Below, one piece after another: positions 18,499 through 27,026 of a stretch of 64,000 nucleotides of DNA. Origin of the DNA: Terriglobia bacterium (lineage in GTDB: Bacteria > Acidobacteriota > Terriglobia > Bryobacterales > Bryobacteraceae). The stretch is taken from the NCBI GenBank assembly GCA_963757345.1, contig CAVWRP010000014.1, forward strand, positions 194,542 to 258,541, read 5' to 3'. A program made the position numbers and the translations under genes. A model generated the notes under the pieces. The model worked only from the letters and a program-made list of their open reading frames with translations. It was not told the origin of the DNA and did not search any database. Position 1 is the first letter of the stretch, and the number at the start of each line of letters is the position of its first letter.

Positions 18499-19056
18499 TT
18501 AGCGCTCATCCTCTTGGTTGCCTTGCACCGTGGATGGTGGATTTGCACCATCGGCAAGCGACTTGATCATTGCCTCCTTTTCGATGGCTAACTTCCGCCT
18601 CGCCTGCTGCGCGCCGCTGCGTGCTCCGAAGACGGTAAATGCCGGGTAAACCAACCCGAGAAGAAGTGAGATCGACCCGCTACGCGTCGTCAACCAGAAT
18701 CCGTAGCCTAAGGCCAGGAAGCCGATGGCCCGTACAGCCGCCTCCGCTATGGACGACCATCGCAAAAAGCGTTCCTCTCCACCGAACCATGCCAGCAAGT
18801 CTGCAGATTGTGCCGCTTCGCTTCGCAACAAGCGTACTTCTCGCGCGAGCTGTGCATTTCGATTCAGAAGCCATAAGGCGGTTGCGACGTATCCCGCGAG
18901 CAAAATGTATAAGCCAGGCCGCAAGGACAGCCAGGTGGTCCACATCAGAAGACCAGCCAGGACGGCCGCGATCACCAGAAACACGCGCACTCGCTTCGTG
19001 TTTCCCGCTCGCGCACGTTCGGCCAGCGAACACACTCTTTCGGTGGCGCGCTGCAT
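18499..19056 (-). CDS. Hypothetical integral membrane protein
   Basis: 185-aa ORF with about four hydrophobic segments (VFLVIAAVLAGLLMWTTWLSL, LYILLAGYVATALWLL, AIGFLALGYGFWL, ISLLLGLVYPAFTVF). It lies upstream of and co-oriented with the Gly/Tyr-rich gene. No recognisable family. Confidence 0.55.
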   Translation of the reverse strand: MQRATERVCSLAERARAGNTKRVRVFLVIAAVLAGLLMWTTWLSLRPGLYILLAGYVATALWLLNRNAQLAREVRLLRSEAAQSADLLAWFGGEERFLRWSSIAEAAVRAIGFLALGYGFWLTTRSGSISLLLGLVYPAFTVFGARSGAQQARRKLAIEKEAMIKSLADGANPPSTVQGNQEDER

Positions 19057-19113
19057 GCAGCAATTTTAGCGAGTAACTTCGCCTACCGGATTCGCGAGAT
19101 CCTTATAAGAGAC

Positions 19114-19725
19114 ATGGCGTTCGAAATCGCAGATCAAAGCAACGTTTCCAGGCGTGCTTTTCTGATCATGCCCGTGGCATTGGCCGGATGGATTGCCTTA
19201 CTCCGGCGTCCTGATCGAAGGCTGCCTGATCCATCCGAAAGCGGTAACGGCGCTGAGGTGCGAGTGATTCTGTTCTCGGATGAGGGTGCCCGCATGGGGA
19301 TCGTGACTGTGCGCAAGATCGTGAAGAACGCCTCGCAGTGGCGCAGCGAATTGTCTCCTGATGAATACGCCGTGACCCGCCGCCAGGCGACCGAGATGCC
19401 TTTCACCGGTCACTATTGGAACGCGCACACCCCCGGAATCTACCGCTGTGTTTGCTGCGGTACTGCCACTTTTGCCTCGAATGCCAAATTCGATTCGGGA
19501 ACCGGTTGGCCGAGCTTCACCCGTGCAGTTGCCGACGAGAACATCTGCACACAGCCCGACCGCAGCGTGCCAGAGGCGCGAACCGAAGTTCTCTGCCGCA
19601 AATGCGACGCGCATCTGGGACACGTGTTCGAGGACGGCCCGGCTCCCACCAGACTGCGCTACTGCCTAGACTCGGTGGCGCTTCGCTTTTGTCCGTCTGC
19701 TAAGCCCAGTAAAAGCCGCTCTTGA
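19114..19725 (+). CDS. msrB: Peptide-methionine (R)-S-oxide reductase MsrB with N-terminal twin-arginine-like signal/anchor
   Basis: The SelR domain carries CVCCG and CRKCDAHLGHVFEDGP (two CxxC zinc motifs) and the catalytic RYCLDS. The N-terminus is VSRRAFLIMPVALAGWIALL. Confidence 0.88.
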   Translation: MAFEIADQSNVSRRAFLIMPVALAGWIALLRRPDRRLPDPSESGNGAEVRVILFSDEGARMGIVTVRKIVKNASQWRSELSPDEYAVTRRQATEMPFTGHYWNAHTPGIYRCVCCGTATFASNAKFDSGTGWPSFTRAVADENICTQPDRSVPEARTEVLCRKCDAHLGHVFEDGPAPTRLRYCLDSVALRFCPSAKPSKSRS

Positions 19726-21961
19726 TCAGCGGCAGCTCACGAACCCGCTTGCCGGACGCCGCAAAAATGGCGTTACAAACCGCTGGCAAAAGGGGCGGAA
19801 GCGCCGGCTCGCCGAGCCCGGTCGGTGAGTGATCAGTCTTCAGGAAATGAACCTCGATTTGCGGCGCGTTGCGGATGCGAAGCATTTGATGCTTGTCATA
19901 GTTCGTCTGCATGACCTTACCGCCCTCGAGCGTGATTTCCTGGAACATCAGCTCGCTCAAACCATCCACGATGGCCCCTTGCACTTGCGCTTCAGCGCCA
20001 CTCGGGTTGATGATCTGACTGCCGACATCCCCACACGCCCAGACCTTATTCACCTTGACGCCGTTCTTACTGTTTACGCTCACTTCGGCCACATGAGCAA
20101 AATATCCCTGGAAGCTGTAGTGGAACGCGATACCCATTCCCATTCCCGGCGCAAGCTTCCGCTTTCCCCAGCCTGATTTCTCTGCAGCCAGGTCGAGCAC
20201 GGCACGCATTCGACCCACATCATAGGACTGAGGCACTGCGCCAGCCTTGGTTGTCGGTTCGTTCTCCACTTTCGGTTTGGCGGCCGCAGCGACCTTTTCC
20301 TGACCGGCTTCGCCAAGAAGTTGCCGGCGAAATTCGACCGGGTCTTTACCTGCCGCATGCGCGAGCTCATCGATAAACGACTGGAACACAAAAGCCTGAG
20401 CATTCGCACCAGGTGCTCGCAAAGCGCCGGTCTTTAACTGAAGCGGCATTACCGAGGAATAGAGCGCGAAGTTAGGGACGAACCCGGATGGGAATTCGGT
20501 TGGCGTAATGGCGGCGGCAGGCGAGAACTGGTCGCCATCCCCATAGCTGACGAAATGATTACGCCAGGCGACTACCTTGCCAGACGGATCAACTCCGCCC
20601 TTTAAGAAATGAAAGCCGCCCGGCCGATAATAGTCGTGCGTCATATCGTCCTCGCGCGACCAGAGCAGCTTCACAGGCGCGCCTACTTTCTGCGCAAGGT
20701 ATCCGACTTCGACCATATAGTCGTTATTCAGACCCCGGCCGAAAGACCCACCCGCCCGCAGCAAATGAATTTTGATATTCGCTTCCGGAATGCCGAGTAC
20801 TTTCGAGATCAGGCCTGTGGCACGGGCCGGAAGCTGAGTGTTCGACCAGTATTCGAGCTTTCCGTCCTCGAAGCGTGCTGTGCAATTACGCGGTTCGAGA
20901 GGCGCGTGCGAGATGAACGGATAAGAGTACGCAGCTTCCACGACCTTCGCTCCGCCGCCTAACGCCGCATCCACGTCGCCGTCCTTCTTTAGCGTTCGTG
21001 CCCCGGCCGGCTGTTGCCCCATTTCCTGCGCACGGTCTGCAAATTGCGCGCTGCTCTGTTGAGCCGCCGGCCCCTCATCCCACTTCACATTGAGCTTCTT
21101 GCGCGCAGACTGGGCGGCCCACCAGGTATTCGCAACGATTGCAACGCCCGATTCCAAGCCCGGCTCGCCGGCCGTCATAGGAGCTAACTTAACGGTTCCT
21201 TCGACAACGAAAGCATCCTTTACGCCGGGAAGCTTTTTGACCTCATCGATGTTTGCGCTGGCTACTTTTCCACCGAACACAGGGCACTTCTGATAAGCGG
21301 CGAAAAGCATTCCGGGCAGCGTGAAGTCGATGCTGTAAATCGGTTTACCCGATGTGATGTCGGGAACATCCACGCCCGGCGTCCACTGCCCGATGATTTT
21401 ATAGGAACTCGCGTCCTTGAACTTAAGGCTATTTAAATCCGGGGTGGGCATGTCGGCAGCCGCGGAGGCGAGTTGACCATACGGCAATGACCGATCCGTA
21501 GGTCGATGATAGACGCGTCCGCTGGAAGCAAAGCATTCCGATTCCGGAACACCCCAACTCTTGGCTGCCGCGGCAATCAGCATTTGACGGGCGGCTGCGC
21601 CGACCTGGCGCATGGGAACCCAGTTGTTCGAAGCCGCGCGGCTACCGCCGGTGGTTTGCAGGCCGTACTTGGCATCGAAATCGGCTTGCTCCACCTTGAT
21701 ACTCTTCCAGTCGACCTCAAGCTCCTCGGCTATCAGCATCGGAAGCATGTTCTTGATGCCCTGGCCGATTTCCGGATTTCTCGAGTACAACGTGACAGTA
21801 CCGTCTTGAGCAATTTTGATAAACGCCTTCGCATCGAAGGGCGGTGGCGGTGGAGGATTCTGTGCCCGTGCCATACGCGGCTTTCCGGAGTAGACGCCGA
21901 TGAAGAGTGCGCCACCGGAGAGCGTGCTGACATGCAGGAAAGAGCGGCGGCTGACACGCAT
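19700..21961 (-). CDS. Molybdopterin-binding subunit of an aldehyde oxidase/xanthine dehydrogenase-family hydroxylase (IorB-like), Tat signal
   Basis: 753 aa, with MRVSRRSFLHVSTLSGGALFIG (twin-arginine). Its size and its position directly after a 2Fe-2S small subunit match two-subunit Ior/aldehyde dehydrogenase-type enzymes. Confidence 0.85.
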   Translation of the reverse strand: MRVSRRSFLHVSTLSGGALFIGVYSGKPRMARAQNPPPPPPFDAKAFIKIAQDGTVTLYSRNPEIGQGIKNMLPMLIAEELEVDWKSIKVEQADFDAKYGLQTTGGSRAASNNWVPMRQVGAAARQMLIAAAAKSWGVPESECFASSGRVYHRPTDRSLPYGQLASAAADMPTPDLNSLKFKDASSYKIIGQWTPGVDVPDITSGKPIYSIDFTLPGMLFAAYQKCPVFGGKVASANIDEVKKLPGVKDAFVVEGTVKLAPMTAGEPGLESGVAIVANTWWAAQSARKKLNVKWDEGPAAQQSSAQFADRAQEMGQQPAGARTLKKDGDVDAALGGGAKVVEAAYSYPFISHAPLEPRNCTARFEDGKLEYWSNTQLPARATGLISKVLGIPEANIKIHLLRAGGSFGRGLNNDYMVEVGYLAQKVGAPVKLLWSREDDMTHDYYRPGGFHFLKGGVDPSGKVVAWRNHFVSYGDGDQFSPAAAITPTEFPSGFVPNFALYSSVMPLQLKTGALRAPGANAQAFVFQSFIDELAHAAGKDPVEFRRQLLGEAGQEKVAAAAKPKVENEPTTKAGAVPQSYDVGRMRAVLDLAAEKSGWGKRKLAPGMGMGIAFHYSFQGYFAHVAEVSVNSKNGVKVNKVWACGDVGSQIINPSGAEAQVQGAIVDGLSELMFQEITLEGGKVMQTNYDKHQMLRIRNAPQIEVHFLKTDHSPTGLGEPALPPLLPAVCNAIFAASGKRVRELPLIKSGFYWA

Positions 21962-21962
21962 G

Positions 21963-22478
21963 TTATGCCACCTCCATCACGCTCGAGTCGACCCTCGTGG
22001 CCATCAGATCGGCGTGCTGGCCGGGGGTCATCTGCCCCGCAGCAACATGAATGGCTTGCCGGATGCGCACGTAGGTACCGCAGCGGCACAGATTACCGTT
22101 CATGGCGGTATCAATGTCTGCATCGGTCGGCTTCGGATGCTTCGCCAGCAATGCGGCTGCCGACATGATCTGTCCGGCCTGGCAGTAGCCGCACTGAGGG
22201 ACATCTATTTCGCGCCACGCAACTTGCAGCGGGTGAGAGTTATCGCCGGAAAGCCCTTCGATCGTTAAGACCGGTACTTTTGCCGCTGCCACAGGAATCT
22301 GGCAGGACCGCACCGGTTGGCCGGCAAGATGTACGGTGCAGGCTCCGCATTGCCCGATTCCGCAACCGTATTTCGTGCCGTGCAGTTGAAGCAAGTCTCG
22401 CAAAACCCATAAAAGAGGAGTGTCCGGTTCAGCTTCGACTGTGTGCGCTTTACCGTTTACTGTCAGCTTGTAAGTCAT
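21963..22478 (-). CDS. [2Fe-2S]-binding small subunit of the molybdo-hydroxylase (IorA-like)
   Basis: [12 protein letters not shown] and [10 protein letters not shown]...[10 protein letters not shown] are the two canonical 2Fe-2S cysteine clusters. Its stop lies 1 nt before the large-subunit start. Confidence 0.92.
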   Translation of the reverse strand: MTYKLTVNGKAHTVEAEPDTPLLWVLRDLLQLHGTKYGCGIGQCGACTVHLAGQPVRSCQIPVAAAKVPVLTIEGLSGDNSHPLQVAWREIDVPQCGYCQAGQIMSAAALLAKHPKPTDADIDTAMNGNLCRCGTYVRIRQAIHVAAGQMTPGQHADLMATRVDSSVMEVA

Positions 22479-22628
22479 CAGGCGCCTCCTTTTTCAACAA
22501 TAGCGCCACGCGATTTTCGCTCAGCTTTGCGCGACAAGCGCCTGCCCGAATGGCGGATGCGGCTCAGGAAAGAACTCCTCATATTGAATGCATGAGACTT
22601 CTACTACCCCAACCGAGGAGGGCGTGAG

Positions 22629-23492
22629 ATGCCCTGGCCCGTTCCCGGGCGCATTGCCGAAGCATTGAGGAGATCTACCGTCCGCATCCGGAGCGGCCGG
22701 GGGGCCAGGGAGGGCCACGGTTCGGGAGTCGTGCTTGCTCCGGAACAAGTCATTACGAATGCGCATGTCGTACAGAGCCGCCAACTGGTCATCGAATCCT
22801 GGGAAGGGAAGAGCATCGAAGCATCGCTGATCAAGGAGGATCGCCACAGAGATCTGGCTCTGCTCAATGCTCCGGGTCTAGCGGGAACGCCGGCGATTCT
22901 TGGAGACTCGGGGCGTCTTCGGCCCGGCACCCCGGTCGTTGCTGTCGGCAATCCTTTCGGCTTCATAGGTGCTCTATCAAGTGGCGCAGTGCATCAGATC
23001 GGTTCTTTCAACCTCGACTTTGCGAACGTGGCCCAACAGGATTGGGTGTGCTCGGATCTTCGCCTCGCGCCGGGGAATTCGGGAGGCCCGTTAGCAAATT
23101 TTCAGGCCGAGCTTGTCGGTATCAATACGATGGTGGCGGCCGGCGGCCTCGCCTTCGCCATTCCTAGCCGGACGCTGCAATCATTTCTCAGCCGCAAGAC
23201 GCCGCCCGTAACTCTAGGAGTGACAGTGCGACCGCTGCGCCTCGCGACGGGAAATACGGGACTGCTAATACTAGAACTCGCGCCACGAGGCGCGGCCGAA
23301 GGCGCATCCCTTTTGCAAGGCGATGTGCTGGTCGCAGCGAACGGGAAGCCTTTTCGCTCGCAGCAGGACCTGCTGATCGCAATAGATGAAGCTGCCGACT
23401 CGCTTCTCGAAATCAGCTTCATTCGCGGCGGCCGGACCGTTCGTCGCGTCAATGTGAAATTGTTGCCGGTCCAGCTGCAGCACGCTGCGTGA
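22629..23492 (+). CDS. Trypsin-like serine protease (S1C/HtrA-like) with C-terminal PDZ-like domain
   Basis: Catalytic triad contexts VITNAHVV, DLALLNA and GNSGGPL. The C-terminal region GDVLVAANGKPFRSQQDL is PDZ-like. Confidence 0.85.
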   Translation: MPWPVPGRIAEALRRSTVRIRSGRGAREGHGSGVVLAPEQVITNAHVVQSRQLVIESWEGKSIEASLIKEDRHRDLALLNAPGLAGTPAILGDSGRLRPGTPVVAVGNPFGFIGALSSGAVHQIGSFNLDFANVAQQDWVCSDLRLAPGNSGGPLANFQAELVGINTMVAAGGLAFAIPSRTLQSFLSRKTPPVTLGVTVRPLRLATGNTGLLILELAPRGAAEGASLLQGDVLVAANGKPFRSQQDLLIAIDEAADSLLEISFIRGGRTVRRVNVKLLPVQLQHAA

Positions 23493-24887
23493 TTATTGAC
23501 TGTGTTTGTCTAGCTTCAATTCGTCTTGTGGGACGGAAGCTCTAGCCGTCGCAATCGGCGGATGAAACGGCGGTGGGCCTTCCTGGGGCAGGTCATAGAG
23601 AACCCATGATGCAGCCATTTCTTCACGGGTGGGTTCTCCCCAGCGGATCGTCTTAGTGGGATCAGGGTTGAAAGGGTTGTTTGCGGAGTTATCGAAATGG
23701 GCCGTGACAATGAGACGGCTTCCTTTGGGCGCTGAGACGGGCTCCTTCAACTTGTACTCAATCTGCCAGTTAAAGTCATACCGAGGAATTGACAGAAGAG
23801 TCTCTTTCTGCGCGTCCGGGCGCATCAACTCCCATTTCATGTCTTTACCGCGCAGATGCATGTGGGGAGTGAAAGCGAGAAGACGCGCGTTCTCTTTGAA
23901 GTCATAACAGAACGTAACTTCGTGGTTCGAGTCGCCTGCGGGTATTTGGAAAAGATAGGCGTCCATGTCGAGGCGGTGCAAAATCTTCCTTGGCGGATCT
24001 TTGGCCAGAATGAATCCGACGCTCGTTCGATCTTTCTCCTCTTTCCCGGTTCCCTTGGCGTAGTGAATTTGAAAGGTGAGGGTAGAGCCGGCAGGAATCA
24101 AGCGGGCATACCCGGGCGGGTAAACTTCTGGCGCCCTTCCTGGAACAAAGGTTGTCAGTTCTTCTGCTTCTTCATGAAACTTCTGATCGGGCAGCCCTCC
24201 TTCGCCGATGTACCGGCAAGCGTCATCTATCACAGGAACACCGGGGCGAATGTGGTGAACGGTACCCTCTTTGAACGTGAAACGATCGAACAGTGAAGGC
24301 GCGGAGGTGGTTCCGCTTTGAGGCGGCTTCGGAGCAGTTACGTATGCATGGGCGTGATGAACGACCCGGCGATTACCTGGTTTTAACTCCACCGCTGTGA
24401 TCCACATGTCCTCCTGGAAATTGGTTGGGACCGTAAAATTCTCATAGTCATCTGGCGCATCCGCCTTCACGGTGTACTCCGCCGCCATTGAGAAGACCAC
24501 GTCAGGTCTGCCGATCCGCCAGCCCTCTGCGAATACTGGTGCAGCAGGAAGGTCGTTCGAATCGCCTTCTTTTGCGCCTTGGTCTACCCAGGTGCGAATA
24601 AGGTCCGTCTCCGCCTGGCTCAGACTGGGATCGTTTTCAAAATTTCCATAGTGCGGATCGGCATGCCACGGCGGCATGCGCCTGGTGAGCACGGCTTGAC
24701 GGATCGCACTTGCCCACGGCCGCGCGGCTTTGTAGGTCAACAACGACATGGGCGCGATATCGCCCGGGTGATGACAGCTGACGCATTTCTTATAAAAAAT
24801 CGGAGCAACATCCCGCGAGAATGTGAGTTCTGAAGCCGGGATGCTCATCGCACTGAGGGCGAATATCATTATCCCGGCGATCTTCAT
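23493..24887 (-). CDS. Secreted CxxCH (heme c-type motif) protein fused to a PHM/DBH-like putative dicopper domain
   Basis: ATG 24887 gives the signal MKIAGIMIFALSAMSIPASE. Motifs in order: DVAPIFYKKCVSCHH, VVHHAHAY, QIHY, TPHMHLRGKDM, REEM. Paralog of 40883..42262. Confidence 0.75.
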   Translation of the reverse strand: MKIAGIMIFALSAMSIPASELTFSRDVAPIFYKKCVSCHHPGDIAPMSLLTYKAARPWASAIRQAVLTRRMPPWHADPHYGNFENDPSLSQAETDLIRTWVDQGAKEGDSNDLPAAPVFAEGWRIGRPDVVFSMAAEYTVKADAPDDYENFTVPTNFQEDMWITAVELKPGNRRVVHHAHAYVTAPKPPQSGTTSAPSLFDRFTFKEGTVHHIRPGVPVIDDACRYIGEGGLPDQKFHEEAEELTTFVPGRAPEVYPPGYARLIPAGSTLTFQIHYAKGTGKEEKDRTSVGFILAKDPPRKILHRLDMDAYLFQIPAGDSNHEVTFCYDFKENARLLAFTPHMHLRGKDMKWELMRPDAQKETLLSIPRYDFNWQIEYKLKEPVSAPKGSRLIVTAHFDNSANNPFNPDPTKTIRWGEPTREEMAASWVLYDLPQEGPPPFHPPIATARASVPQDELKLDKHSQ

Positions 24888-25012
24888 TTTCTGCCTCGCT
24901 CCACGTGCAAGCTTAATACAGATAACTATATCCATAAAGCAGCGCACCTAAGTTGCGATTCATCGCCGGCGATCCATGACTCGGGTGCTGAGGCTATTAT
25001 GAAGACAACCTC

Positions 25013-26944
25013 ATGGCGCAAGCTCGGGTTCATCCAGCAACGCTATGCATCGGGTTGGTATTAGCAGTCTCCGCTGTTTCTGCCAAGTCTGCTCGCGAGC
25101 AGGTCTCGGTTGACGAACTGAAATCTCAGGTCCAGCGAGCGCCATCGGACGCTTTGGCGCACTACCGGTTGGCGGTCACTTTTTATCACCAGGGGAAACT
25201 TGATGAGGCCGCGGGGGAATTTCAAGCTGCGCTCGCGCTCAAACCCTCCCTGGCGGAGGGACACAATGACTTGGGGATCATCCTGGATCGCCAGGGCAAG
25301 CATGCCGCCGCGCTTAAGGAATTCCGACTTGCGGTTGCCGCGAACCCCCGCTACCTCGAAGGACGCTACAACCTGTCAGCAGCGCTCCTCGCATCCGGTC
25401 AAGCGAAGGAGGCTGCGCAAGTCGCCCGGACGGGTCTTGAGCAGTCCCAAAACTGGTTGTGGGGACAGTATGCCCTGGGCCGCGCTCTTGAACAGTTGGG
25501 ACAGCTGGATGCGGCTCAACAGGCGTTTGCAAAAGCGATTGAGATCGATCCGCGGATGGGACGCGCCTGGAATGAACTAGGAGTAGTGGCGGGGCGCCGG
25601 GGACAAGTGACGGAGGCCGTCAGTCATTTTCGCAAAGCCACGGAAATCGAACCAAACTTCGCTGACGCCTATTACAACCTGGGCGTTCAGCTCATGAAAA
25701 CTAAAGACACGAGTGGCGCGGCGGCCGCTCTCCGGGAGGCGCTCCGACTCGATCCTAAGAACGCAGATGCCCACTACAGTCTGGGGTTGCTTCTGGTGCG
25801 TGACGGACGACCCGAGGACGCAATGAGTGAGTTACAGCGCGCCATAAATTTAGATCCCGGCGAACTGGGAGCAGGTCTCGAACTGGCGAGGCTCGCTGCT
25901 GCGCAGGGGAACCTCGACCAGGCTCTGACGCTTGCGCGGGAGGCAGTCCGACGCGATCCACGGTCGGCGGAAGCGCACGCCGAATTAGGCACGCTTGACC
26001 GAACACGAGGTGATTACGACGAGGCGCGGCGCGAGCTCGAAAAGGCCGCGCAGCTCAATTCCCGGAATGCCCGCGTCTACTACGAACTGGGATTAGTGGC
26101 AAAGCATTCTGGCGACAACGCTCGCGCCCGTGCCGCATTCGAGCGAGCCGCCCAATTGGATCCGGAAGATAAGGAAGTCCGTTACGCCCTGGCGAGAACG
26201 TTGCGCAGTGAAGGAAATACCGATGCTCAAGCACAGTTTTCGCAGACCAATCAGCTTACTCAGAATGCAATCAACCGTGATGCTGCCCAAGGCGCGAACC
26301 GTGCCGGAACCTTGTTAGCCCAACGGCAAGATTGGGACGGCGCGATCGCCCAGTTCCAGAAAGCGCTCGATTTGAAGCCTGATATGGGTGAGGCACGGTT
26401 CAACCTGGCTGGCGCGCTCAGCGGAAAGGGCGATCTGCCAGCCGCCGAGCGAGAGCTCGAAAAAGTGGTCAAGGATTACCCGAAGTGGACCGAAGCGAAC
26501 TACCAGTTGGGTTTGATTCGGGAACGAAAGGGCGACCTCGCTGCGGCGAAACAAGCGTATCGCGAGGCCTTGAAGCAGAATCCGGTGTTCGCACCGGCGC
26601 GTCTGCACCTCTCGCAAGTCTTGTATCGAGAAGGCGACACAAAATCTGCGCATCAGGAATTGGAAGCGCTGCTTCGTGTCGATCCGTCAAATGTGGCGGC
26701 GCGCTATACTCTCGCGACGTATTCGCTGCAGGAGAACAATCCCCAGACGGCCATCGAGCAGTTGATTCAGCTCGTCAACCAGCATCCGGACTTTGCTCCG
26801 GCCCACAATATGCTGGGGGTTGTTTACGCGCAAGGCAGCAAAACAGATGCGGCCATTGCGGAGTTCCGTCGCGCTCTTGCCATCGACCCAGGCCTGACCG
26901 ACGCCCAGAACAATCTAAAGCGGGCGCTGGCGCAACAGCCTTGA
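25013..26944 (+). CDS. Large TPR-repeat protein, secreted
   Basis: 643 aa with a signal-like N-terminus, then a nearly uninterrupted array of canonical TPR units (AHYRLAVTFYHQGKLDEAAGEFQAALALKPS, AYYNLGVQLMKTKDTSGAAAALREALRLDPKN, and others). Confidence 0.9.
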   Translation: MAQARVHPATLCIGLVLAVSAVSAKSAREQVSVDELKSQVQRAPSDALAHYRLAVTFYHQGKLDEAAGEFQAALALKPSLAEGHNDLGIILDRQGKHAAALKEFRLAVAANPRYLEGRYNLSAALLASGQAKEAAQVARTGLEQSQNWLWGQYALGRALEQLGQLDAAQQAFAKAIEIDPRMGRAWNELGVVAGRRGQVTEAVSHFRKATEIEPNFADAYYNLGVQLMKTKDTSGAAAALREALRLDPKNADAHYSLGLLLVRDGRPEDAMSELQRAINLDPGELGAGLELARLAAAQGNLDQALTLAREAVRRDPRSAEAHAELGTLDRTRGDYDEARRELEKAAQLNSRNARVYYELGLVAKHSGDNARARAAFERAAQLDPEDKEVRYALARTLRSEGNTDAQAQFSQTNQLTQNAINRDAAQGANRAGTLLAQRQDWDGAIAQFQKALDLKPDMGEARFNLAGALSGKGDLPAAERELEKVVKDYPKWTEANYQLGLIRERKGDLAAAKQAYREALKQNPVFAPARLHLSQVLYREGDTKSAHQELEALLRVDPSNVAARYTLATYSLQENNPQTAIEQLIQLVNQHPDFAPAHNMLGVVYAQGSKTDAAIAEFRRALAIDPGLTDAQNNLKRALAQQP

Positions 26945-27026
26945 GGTAGGGCTCAGGCCCGGGATAGCGCCTCGCGAGCCATATGATACGATCCTTCCAA
27001 ATAACCGCTGAAGGGATGGAGGAGAT

